Shown here piece after piece: positions 13,601-23,849 of a stretch of DNA of 64,000 nucleotides; position 1 is the first letter of the stretch; each line of letters starts with the position of its first letter. The notes under the pieces were generated by a model. That model was not told where the DNA came from. It did not search any database and saw only the letters and a list, made by a program, of their open reading frames with translations. Both the position numbers and the translations under genes were made by a program. The stretch is from the NCBI RefSeq assembly GCF_964355755.1, contig NC_092671.1, positions 5,146,001 to 5,210,000 of the forward strand. The letters run 5' to 3'. Origin of the DNA: Antedon mediterranea. Lineage: Eukaryota > Animalia > Echinodermata.

Positions 13601-16600
13601 ACACCAATGTTTTTAGTTACTTTTTGAATTATTAGAAGTGTTAATTTTGAAAAAAGCATGTTCTTTTCATTTTCACTCATTTTTAGCCGTTCCATCTTTT
13701 AATTTTTGTATTAGTTTTGTTACTTCAACAATTCATTGTTCTCTACTAATAATTCAATTTATTCCTGATGCAAATCAAGGGTATTATTTTTTTGTTCTGT
13801 ATCTATTGTTATAGCTGATACGTGTTGCAAACTCCAATCCATGTATCCAATTTTGTAGAAAAATATTTTACTGATTCTAGAATTTCAAGGGACCAGAAAA
13901 CTGTAATCCTGCGGTGTTATTTAATAGTTACTGTAGTTCATGGGTACGGTTTAAAATTGCTTGTTGTAATTGCCATAGTTGATTCTCTCTGTAACAGAAC
14001 TTAAGTTTTGTAAAAAAGAAAAGTAATACAGTATACACATTTCAAATTAAATCTGTATTTATTCGATTCCCAAATCTCCCCCCCCCCCCCAAAAAAAACC
14101 ACCTCACCTCGTGTCTCTTGGGGCGCCCGCTGGCTATTCCCTGGATGTTGTCTCGCTATAATATTATTGAGAACACAGATAAGCTAGATGTGAGTGTGTT
14201 TACCTCGTTGTAGGACGTTGAATTGTAAGCATTTTCATGTTCACAGGAACGTGGCAAATTGCCTAATAAACATAGATAAAAAATGATTGATTAGGGCGTG
14301 CTTACAATTTTATAAAGTCATGTTTTAGTGCATAAACATCAAAATAAACTATTTCTGTGTTTGATTTTATGTCAATAAAATAAAATTAATAAAAATTAAT
14401 AAAATTTGGCTTGAAATACAGCAACTGAAAAGCTGTACAGTTGAAATTTCAAGACCCAACGGCGTCCCCTTAATAGAGGTTGGTCATAGTGTTGAAACAA
14501 TGTTGTCTATTTCATTTGACGGAAAGTGTCCCCTTAGTCAACAATGTTACCCCTTCCCTTGAATATGTGTTGGCTGTCTTAAAACACTTTAATTATAGTT
14601 TGTTTCACAGGGAAGTGTCCCTGTAATAGAGATGTCCCTATAGAGGTTTCCCAAAGGGTGTTTTACTGTAGTTAATTTTAAAGCTCTGTCTACACTATCA
14701 AACTAGTTTGACAAAAAATGTGATGTGCCCAAATATGGTAGTGATATAATATTCTGTTGTTGTTAATTGTAGGCACTGACCGTACCATTAGACATCATTG
14801 ATGATGTGTTTAAAATTTAATGGAACTCTTTTTCAAGATACACTGGTATCCCAGCAACCCCTACCTAACAGTTAAACAGCTTTAGCTCCTTATAATAACA
14901 TAATATGTCTAAAATAATTTAGAAATAATTATTATACCATATTTTCATCCTCATTTTATGCATCAGGGAAAAGCGATAAAAATGATTCAACTAAGTTGTT
15001 TTTTTTATAGCAGGTTCATTGGCATCATAATCCTTACAAATTAACTTAATTTATTTTAAGCTGTTGAACTAGTTTAGGGAAATTAAGAAATGCAGTATTC
15101 TCTGTTCAATTTGAAATTATAATTAACAATCAATATTTTTATTAGGAAGGAAACTAATTAATTTAAATCTGGGCCATCTTTTAAAAATCCATCAGTTTAA
15201 ATTTGAGTTGAAAAGAAGGGCTTTTGTTTTCTTTATGAAATTTGTCTAGCACAAATCATTTCCACCATTGACACTGACAGCGATAGTTAACATTATTCAA
15301 TTATAAATTAAAACAGTTTTAAAATGCTTTTTGAAAATTAGGGCTGGATTATTGACAATTTAGAACTAGTAGACGTAATGGATATTGTGATTGATTGCAC
15401 ATGACTATTAATTTGCTATTATTAATAGTTTGTAGTCATTAATTTCTATTTCTAAGATTTGTGCCTAAACACATGGACACATGTTTCTATCAATACTGTC
15501 GATGCTGGTTCGACTAAACACATTGACACATGCTTCTAACTACATTGGCACATGCTTCTCAACACATTGGCACATGCTTCTAAACACATTGGCACATGCT
15601 TCTCAACACATTGACACATGCTTCTAAACACATTGACACTATGCTTCTATCGGCACATGCTTCTAAACACATTGGCACATGCTTCCAAACACATTAGAAC
15701 ATGTTTCTAAACATATTGGCACATGCTTCTAAACACAATGGTACAATGTTCTAAACACATTAGAACATGCTTTTAAAGACATTAGAACATGGTTCTAAAC
15801 ACAATGGTACAATGTTCTAAACACATTAGAACATGCTTTTAAAGACATTAGAACATGGTTCTAAACACATTGGCACATGCTTCTCAACACATTGGCACAT
15901 GCTTCTAACTACATTGGCACATGCTTCTCAACACATTGGCACATGCTTCTAAACACATTGGCACATGCTTCTCAACACATTGACACATGCTTCTAAACAC
16001 ATTGACACATGCTTCTAAACACATTGGCACATGCTTCTAAACACATTGGCACTATGCTTCTATCGGCACATGCTTCTAAACACATTGGCACATGCTTCCA
16101 AACACATTAGAACATGTTTCTAAACATATTGGCACATGCTTCTAAACACAATGGTACAATGTTCTAAACACATTAGAACATGCTTTTAAAGACATTAGAA
16201 CATGGTTCTAAACACATTGGCACATGCTTCTCAACACATTGGCACATGCTTCTAAATACATTGGCACATGCTTCTAAACACATTGGCACATGCTTCTTGT
16301 CATATTATTATGTTGTGATTCTCTGTGTTTAGAGAAGGATGCTTTAGACCAGGTCCGCCTTATTATTAGGCAATCAAAATCGTATAATTTTTGGAGGGAA
16401 AATGTTATCCTCCTCTGAAGCCTAAAATTTGCATATCCAGTATAAAAGTAGAATGTAATAGATATTAGAGGAGAAGAGAGAATAAGATCAGAGTAGATAA
16501 ACGGAAAGATGATAAAGAAAATATTAAGGCTTGACTGGTAGTGGTAGAAAGATGTATTAATCGAATTACAAGGAATAAAAGCACATGTTGAGTTAAATAT

Positions 16601-19600
16601 ACTTTTTGTATGAGTTATCATTCAGTGTACGTCGCGTGGAGTTATATATATACGCCTGAGAAAGCTCGGAACCAACTAAAATAAATTCACTACATGATGG
16701 CAGCGGTGAAAATTTTTGTTTAAAGATACATGATTTAAGTATCTAGAAGAAGAAGAAGAAGAAGAAGAAGTGACAGTGCCTACTCTACGGGCCTGTTAAA
16801 TCAGTAACCAAAAAGTTAAATGGTTACGAAGATCTGGATTCCTGACAGTTTTTATACCGTGCGTTGTTTGGATATTACAACGAAGAAGAAGTACGTCTGT
16901 TGAGCTCAAGACTGCTGGATATTCATCGGAGATACTGTATATATTCACCGAGATCTGAAAGAAGAAGACTGAAGTAACAGAAGGAAGCCCTGTAAATTTT
17001 GAGAAGATTTGCAAAGCTGACTTTGTAAACTATTTTTATTTCGAAAGTAAATTTTTGTACGGAGCGAACTTGGAACGTTGTTTGTGACTTTGATTTTGAA
17101 GTAAATTAATGTCTTATATTGTATTGCATTTAAAAATTTATGTGGATTTCATATTTTTACATATCTGAATGGAATCAAGGTAATACAAATACTTTTATAA
17201 CATATTTTGTATAAATAAGTTTACATATTTCATTAGTAAAATTGTTATTAGCATGATAGCATGACAACTTTAAGATCGGGTAAAAATATAGATAAGACTA
17301 TGTCAGAAAAAGATACTAGGGAAGATATGGTTGACCAAGTCAATGAAATATATGATAACATGGCTAGGGATATTGATTTGCCCGAAATACCCGGCGGTAT
17401 GCCTAAAGATATGATGCTCGAATATTTTCGAATGAAGTTCGAGGCCGAAAACAAAAAGTTAGAATTACAATACCAACAAGCCCAATTAAAAGCAGATATA
17501 GAGCAAAGAAAAATTGAATCACAAGAAAGAGTGAAAATGATGGAATTAGAAAATAGGTCTAGCTACAGTAATGCTAGGAATATAGTAGATGAAATGAAGG
17601 TAAAGGTTCCTACTTTGAAGGAATCAGATGATATTGATATATATTTTAGAACATTTGAACACTTGGCAGAAGCCACAGGTTGGGATAAGAATACGTGGTC
17701 CGCTAGGTTAGCACCTGAACTGTCTGGTAAAGCTAGGACAGCATGCATATGCATCCTTAACCGTAAAAGAATGTGTAGATTATGATACCTTAAAGAAGGC
17801 AATCTTAGAAAAGTATGATGTGTCCGCAGAGACCTACAGATTTAAATTTAGAAATTCGAACAGAGTTAAAGATATGTCCATCAGGGAATGGCTGAATGAG
17901 CTCTCCCATTATTTAAAATGTTGGATGAAATGTGCTAATGTAAAAGAAGATGATGCTGCAGGCATTATTGAAATGATTATAATGGAACAGGCACTTGATA
18001 AAATGCCTGAAGATCTGAGGCTTTTTCTTAGAGATAAACAAGTAAATAAGAGCAATGATATGGCTATGATAGCCGATGATTATATAGCTAATAGAGGTGG
18101 CCGTGGCTATTGGAATGCCGTAAATTCTGAAAATAAGCCTACGTATTATAAGGGCCAAGAAAATAGTAAACCTAAGAATAGTACGACTCAGAATAACCCT
18201 GGAGCTAGGCAGCAAGGATACAATAGGTATCGCGGAAGGGGAGGCAAATTCCATAACTATGGTAGAAATTTCCAACAGAGAGAACCTTCAAATGAATGGA
18301 TTAATGGCCTATGCTTTAATTGTAAGGAGAAGGGACATAAAATAGGGGATTGTCCTAAGATGGTAGCAAAAGGAAAGACTAGTGACACTAAGAAGGGCCC
18401 GAATGTGAAAGATGGCTTAAGATGTGAAGGAATAAAATCAGATAGACCCCAAGTAGTTATGGATAGTGTAGAAAATAAAATGGAAAAATGTACAATACTA
18501 GGAAAATTAGAAGGACAGGATATAACTATGCTGAGAGACTCGGGATGTACCCAGTCAGCTGTTAAGGAAAGTCTAGTGCCTAACAAATGTTACTTGCCAG
18601 GAAAATGGGTTACGTTAAGAGGTATAGGAGGCGATATTACCGTCCCCTTAGCTGAGGTAGCTATAGAAAGTAAGATAGTGACAGGAAAAGTGACTGTAGC
18701 CGTAATCGAAGGATTACAGAGGGACATGTTATTGGGTCATGATTTGGACCAGAATTGTGGGGAAACAATGGCTAAAGAAATGTTCGTCCTAACTAGGGAG
18801 CAAGCCAGAATAGAAAATGATGTTAGAATACAAGACGAAATGAAATTGTTAGGGAAAGATAGTAACTTTAAGCCGATAGAAGAGCCGCCTAAAGAAACTA
18901 ATCTACAATTGTTGAAAACAGTAGTAAATGACAACAAAGTAAATAAAACTAAGTGTTTAGATGATATGAATAGAACAGAAATGAATAATTTGTTTGACGA
19001 AAATGAGGATAAAGCTAAAGATAAAACAGTCAAACATAAAACTTATGAACAACAGCACAAGCTGAACCTAACTAAACAAGAACTGATCAAATTGCAAACT
19101 AAGGATGACTCACTCAAAGGAGTGTTTGACAGGGTAGTCCCTATAGAAGAAATAGGTCAGCATAGGGTGTGTTTCTTTATGAGACAAGGTATATTGATGA
19201 GAAATTGGAGTAGTATTAAAGATAAGAATAACCAAGTGGAACAGATTGTATTACCCACTCAGTGTAGACAGGGTGTATTACACTTAGGTCATAATGTGCC
19301 ATTTGCAGGTCACATGGGTGTTGAGAAAACTAAAAGTAGGATCCTGAACCAATTCTATTGGCCAGGTATATTTAAAGATGTTGTAGTCTATTGTAAAGTC
19401 TGTAAGGAATGCCAAAAGGTAGATAAGGGTAAAAGTAAAAGGAAACATACTTTGATACCATTACCGATTATAAGTACACCATTTAAACGTATAGCGATAG
19501 ACATTGTTGGACCCTTATCTAGAACAAGCCGTAATAACAAATATATGCTTACTATAATTGACTATGCTACGAGATATCCGGATGCTATCCCGTTACCCAA

Positions 19601-22600
19601 TGTTAGAGCTGAAACAGTAGCCAGGGCTCTAATAGAAGTCTTTACTAGAGTAGGATTACCCGAAGAGATTGTACATGATCAAGGAACTAATTTCATGTCT
19701 TCAATTATGCAATCTATATGTAGTATGTTGGGGATTAATCAATTAAAGACTACAGTGTACCACCCCCAAAGCAATGGGCTTGTTGAAAGATTCCACGGTA
19801 CATTGAAAAATATGATAAGGACACTTACAGTTAAGCAAAGAAAAAATTGGGATAACTACATACCCCCCTTTCTGTTTGCATACAGAGAAGTTCCTAGTAA
19901 AGCGACGGGCCATTCACCTTTTAAATTGCTTTATGGTAGAGAGGTGAGGGGACCCTTGAGTTTACTCAAAAGTAATTGGGTAGAAGATGAAGAAACATCT
20001 ACTGATGTTATCAAATACATGTTAGACATAAGAGAAAAAATGGAGGAATTAATGAAAGATGCTAATGTAAACAAACTTGAACAACAAGAAATTATGTCCC
20101 ACAATTATAACAAGAATGCTATTGATAGAGAATTTGTAGAAGGGGACAAAGTGTTGATATTCCTTCCAGTAGGAAATAGTAAGTTAGACAGTAAATGGCA
20201 AGGCCCCTTCACTGTTACAAAAAAGGTCAATGATGTAAATTATGAAATATACATAGGAGGTAGAAGAAAAGAAAAACAAATTCTACATGTTAATATGTTA
20301 AAGAGATGGTATGATAAAGTAGAAATAAGTAAAGATGGTTATTATGTAGTAACAAATGTTCAGTCGATAGAAGAAGTAGACTTAAATGAAACAGTCCATG
20401 ACAATGAGTTAGATAGTGAAATAGACATAGGATTGTCTTATCATCAATCACAAACATGGAGAGATGTTAACGTTAGTAGTAATTTAAATGATACACAAAC
20501 TAAACAATTAACAGAATTGTTAAAGTACCAACAGAATGTATTCTCGGATGTACCAGGTAGAACTCACTTAGTGACACATGAAATTAAGACTAATGGTGAA
20601 ATGCCTATAAGGCATAGGGCATATAGAACGCCCAAGCATTAAAGGGTAAATTGAAAGAGGAATTAGATAGTATGTTGGCTATGGGTATAATAGAACCTAC
20701 AGTTAGTGCCTATGCTGCACCTATTATTGCCCTGAAGAAAGGCCAGAATCAAATTAGAATGGTGACAGATTTTAGATCACTAAATAAGACTACACAATTT
20801 GACCCTTATGTTATGCCTCGCATAGACGAAATGTTGGATGAGGTATCATCCGCAATATACATAACTACGTTAGATCTAACTAAAGGATTTTACCAGGTGC
20901 CTCTGGATCCTAAGACCAAAGACAAATCAGCATTTATTACACAATTTGGACAGTATTGTTACAATGTACTTCCATTTGGTATGCAAAATAGCTCTAGTAC
21001 TTTCCAAAGATTAATGGATAAGGTATTACAAGGTACTGAGGGATATGCTAAGGCATATATAGATGACATATGTATTTATAGTCAAACTTGGAAAGATCAT
21101 ATTTTTCATTTGAATGATGTATTAGAAAGATTAAGTAGTGCTGGATTGACAGCAAAGCCTTTGAAATGTAAAATTGCCTATGCACAGGTAGAATTTCTGG
21201 GGCATAAGATTGGTAATGGAGAAATTAGACCCATGATTGATAAGGTTGAGGCTGTGGAAAAGTTCCCCAGACCTTTGTCTAAGAAACAAGTCCGATCATT
21301 TCTCGGATTAACGGGCTATTACAGAAAATTTGTACAGAACTATGCCGATATTGCTAAGCCATTGATTGATTTAACTTTAAAGAGTAAAAGTAATACAGTT
21401 AAGTGGAATGAACAATGTGAAAATGCCTTTGTAGCTTTAAAGAAACGACTTACTGATGATAATGTATTAAAAGCCCCAAATTTTGATAAGATGTTTATAT
21501 TGCAAACCGATGCCTCAAATTATGGCATAGGTGCAGTGCTGAGCCAAATAGATGGTGAGGGTAATGATTATCCCATTGTGTACTTAAGTAGAAAGTTATC
21601 TGTACATGAGCAGAGATATTCTGTGCCAGAAAAAGAGTGCCTCTCTATTGTTTGGGCTATCAATAAACTTAAGTATTATCTGTATGGTTGTGAATTTCAA
21701 GTTCATACTGACCACCAGGCATTGAGATGGATGGACTCAATGAAGGGTGCCAATGTTAGACTTATGAGATGGGCTCTGTTTTTACAAGGATATAAATTTA
21801 AAGTTATTTACAAGAAAGGATCATTAAATGGAAATGCAGATGGATTAAGCCGTGCATAAATAATATTATAGAGGTGTTGTAGATAGTTTAAAGTAAAATG
21901 GTTTTAAATGTTAAATTTTTGGAAAGATTGACACAATCTTTTTCCCAAAAAGGGGAATGTCATATTATTATGTTGTGATTCTCTGTGTTTAGAGAAGGAT
22001 GCTTTAGACCAGGTCCGCCTTATTATTAGCCAATCAAAATCGTATAATTTTTGGAGGGAAAATGTTATCCTCCTCTGAAGCCTAAAATTTGCATATCCAG
22101 TATAAAAGTAGAATGTAATAGATATTAGAGGAGAAGAGAGAAAGAGATCAGAGTAGATAAAGGAGAAGAGAGAATAAGATCAGAGTAGATAAACGGAAAG
22201 ATGATAAAGAAAATATTAAGGCTTGACTGGTAGTGGTAGAAAGATGTATTAATCGAATTACAAGGAATAAAAGTTCTAGTTGAGTTAAATATACTTTTTG
22301 TATGAGTTATCATTCAGTGACAGTGTACGTCGCGTGGAGTTATATATATACGCCTGAGAAAGCTCGGAACCAACTAAAATAAATTCACTACACTTCTAAA
22401 TACATTGGCACATGCTTCTAAATACATTGACACATGCTTTGAAACACATACAGTTACTTTACGGTGTAGCTTTATCCTTCCCTTCTAAATCCTTTTACTA
22501 AATAAACATAAATTAAAAAAAATAAACAGTTCAGTTCTTATTTTCCTTTCTATCTTTTCTGCTAATCTTTTTTGAGTGCTTTATCCTATGAATACCAGTC

Positions 22601-23849
22601 ACTGTACTGTGAAATAATGAATGATATCTAATGTACTTGAAGGTGTCTCGTTTGATTGACAGTTACCATAGCAACCATTGGCTCCCAAATACCAACATGA
22701 ACTTGACCTTGTCCATCCATCCTATAAATAAAAATATTGCTCATTATTAGTTTAGAATAAAACTCCTCTTCTAAATTTATCCTGGACCGAAACTTAGTTA
22801 CTTACATTTAAAAATGATAAATGATTTTTTTTTATTGATTTATATATATAAAATATGAAATATAATAATAAGATTTGATTTAATCATGACGTAAGTACAT
22901 TATAAAAATAGATTTTTAAAATGCTCCATACAAGTTTGTTACAAACTACACAAAAGTAAAAAAATTAAATTAATTGATTAATGATATTCCTGTAGTACGA
23001 TCGTGATCAAACTAATTAAATTTTCAAGGTACTGTAATATAACTGTGTTTTTTCTATTCAGGTTTATTGCTATTGCTTTTATAATTCTCTTATAGTTTTT
23101 CAATTAATATCAGTCACTGCAATTGATAAAATTTAATATTGCTTTGTGAAAAAATTTAATTGATTTGGACAGAATGTATCACTCTATAGAATTTCTTTTA
23201 TGGTGATATGTTTTTTAAAATGAATTACCTGTGATATATATCTGTGATTATCACAGTTGTGTCAAATAGCCGTGTAATTGTTTCACTCGCGGGAACTATC
23301 TTGCTAAACGCTTCATAAAAATCGTAATTGAACACTGATAATAGAGGATGTAATAAATGTAACAAGTAAATTAGATTAGTTGGGTTTTATTCAATAAAAC
23401 GTTTACTTCTAGATATGGATAGTAATGTCAGCATTGGGAATATATTAAATTAATTGTAAAGCTCAAAGGAGCGCTACACACAGGGTGTCCATCCTTTTGT
23501 AACTGTATAACTTTATAGATTAAAGTAATTTAAGATTTGAAGGGGTCCATTCTAGAGTAACTCTGTAAAGGAATAATTTTGTTAATATCTAAGCGGAATC
23601 AAAATGTCTAGAAGAAAACAGGTTTTTGGTTGAACCATTACATTTTGAATTTTTATATCTATTTCTATTTTTTTTGTTGGTAAAAGTTAATCACTTCTTA
23701 ATAAACTAAAAGATGGTCTTTTAAAGTTGGATTTTGTTCATCTTTATTTTCATGTTTTGGAAGACAATACATTAAATAAAATACTTTGTTTTGCAGCGAA
23801 ATCGTCTTTTCTCAGTGGTGGAAAGAAAAGCAAGTCTGTGGACCCGTGA
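1545..23849 (+). CDS. NKIRAS: NF-kappaB inhibitor-interacting Ras-like protein (kappaB-Ras), complete spliced CDS, 7 exons, 190 aa
   Basis: join(1545..1634,1942..2040,2232..2282,2442..2540,9368..9461,12702..12788,23797..23849) = 573 nt, all GT-AG with compatible phases. Protein MGKICKIVVCGGTSVGKTSILQQALHG...TIEDIH..IDTDRGAKEKVQFYDTKGL...GFILVFSL...LGNKADL...FEVSATDRNSLVEPIIYLTSRLTQPPAKSSFLSGGKKSKSVDP* matches kappaB-Ras along its length; no CAAX. Confidence 0.93.
1942..2040 (+). CDS. NKIRAS: kappaB-Ras coding exon 2
   Basis: cacag|TPPFKTIEDIHVAIIDTDRGAKEKVQFYDTKGL|gtgag. Confidence 0.92.
2232..2282 (+). CDS. NKIRAS: kappaB-Ras coding exon 3
   Basis: tttag|DVSTYQELPRQYILMAD|gtaag. Confidence 0.88.
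2442..2540 (+). CDS. NKIRAS: kappaB-Ras coding exon 4
   Basis: tctag|GFILVFSLANLDSFHQMEQLRKSIKKERDFKDK|gttggt. Confidence 0.9.
3802..9321. repeat. 83/84-bp tandem array (~66 copies) in NKIRAS intron 4
   Basis: Unit agcagtacgaccaaccagtttttagggaaacctctattaaggggacacttgtgaaacaaacaaggaatgggcaatgtgtgtt(a)t is almost invariant apart from a 1-bp indel; degenerate first unit at ~3802-3855. Confidence 0.98.
9368..9461 (+). CDS. NKIRAS: kappaB-Ras coding exon 5 (NKxD motif)
   Basis: tttag|VCMIALGNKADLVEERQVSAESVNTWEKKQK+G|gtaaat. Confidence 0.92.
11812..11877 (-). mobile_element. tRNA-derived SINE head fragment
   Basis: Minus strand gagtggagcttggtggttaa...tccaatcccaagatccggggttcaatcc has A-box- and B-box-like motifs; related copies at 12894, 38848 and 53681. 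Confidence 0.55.
12702..12788 (+). CDS. NKIRAS: kappaB-Ras coding exon 6
   Basis: tttag|(V)RSFEVSATDRNSLVEPIIYLTSRLTQPP+G|gtaag; phase 1-1. Confidence 0.92.
12894..12963 (+). mobile_element. tRNA-derived SINE head fragment
   Basis: gagttgtagctttatggttaa...tccaatcccaaggtctaaggatcaattctaacc aligns with the reverse complement of 11812-11877. Confidence 0.55.
14461..14670 (-). mobile_element. MITE-like element (TACAGT/ACTGTA ends, internal cctctattaaggggacac motifs)
   Basis: Ends in ...ttttactgta with repeated gtcccct(t)aatagag motifs; related fragments at ~2708-2779, 11965-12020, 26151-26290, 43395-43510, 45075-45213, 49594-49622 and 57241-57269. TA|CAGT termini suggest Tc1/mariner-pogo type (inference). 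Confidence 0.6.
15466..16297. repeat. 22-bp minisatellite (aaacacattggcacatgcttct)n, interrupted by the LTR element and resuming at 22393-22450
   Basis: Direct inspection; variant units recur in a higher-order block starting at ~15535 and ~15904. Confidence 0.95.
16298..16694 (+). repeat. 5' LTR (397 bp)
   Basis: TGTCATATT...CACTACA; TATAAAA at 16441, AATAAA at 16574; preceded by TSD cttct 16293-16297. Confidence 0.96.
16695..16708 (+). promoter_or_regulatory. Primer binding site, tRNA-Leu type
   Basis: TGATGGCAGCGGTG directly after the LTR; complementary to the 3' end of eukaryotic tRNA-Leu(AAG/TAG) (...CACCGCTGCCA+CCA) with one mismatch. Confidence 0.75.
17261..21859 (+). pseudogene. Gag-Pol polyprotein (SCAN-like capsid, CCHC knuckle, protease, integrase, RT, RNase H) broken by two frameshifts
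   Basis: ORFs 17261..17785, 17820..20642 and 20651..21859. Motifs: ETYRFKFR...IIMEQALDKMP...ADDY; CFNCKEKGHKIGDC; LRDSGC; H..PFAGH/CKVCKEC; IAIDIVG..DQGTNF..ERFH; KWQGPF; YIDD; LQTDAS..EKE..TDH..NADGLSR. A 4-bp duplication (gcatgcat 17741-17748) and an apparent 1-bp loss at ~20631-20633 break an otherwise single frame. Confidence 0.92.
21947..21957 (+). promoter_or_regulatory. Polypurine tract
   Basis: AAAAAGGGGAA immediately before the 3' LTR. Confidence 0.85.
21958..22392 (+). repeat. 3' LTR (435 bp)
   Basis: Copy of the 5' LTR plus a 32-bp and a 6-bp internal duplication; followed by TSD cttct 22393-22397. Confidence 0.96.
23797..23849 (+). CDS. NKIRAS: kappaB-Ras last coding exon
   Basis: ttttgcag|(A)KSSFLSGGKKSKSVDP*; phase fits and it resembles the KSxF..basic tail of kappaB-Ras. 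Confidence 0.82.

Larger units (their letters stand above)
16298..22392 (+). mobile_element. Full-length Gmr1-like Ty3/gypsy LTR retrotransposon
   Basis: TG...CA LTRs (16298-16694, 21958-22392), 5-bp TSD CTTCT on both sides, PBS, PPT, gag-PR-IN-RT-RH coding order. Confidence 0.96.

Noticed and set aside
17248-19033. Minus-strand ORFs within the retrotransposon
   Set aside because: Antisense shadows of gag-pol with no recognisable motifs
17741-20650. Programmed frameshift or readthrough between the retroelement ORFs
   Set aside because: The breaks fall inside the capsid region and at the start of RT; they are explained by a 4-bp duplication and a 1-bp loss; no slippery heptamer seen
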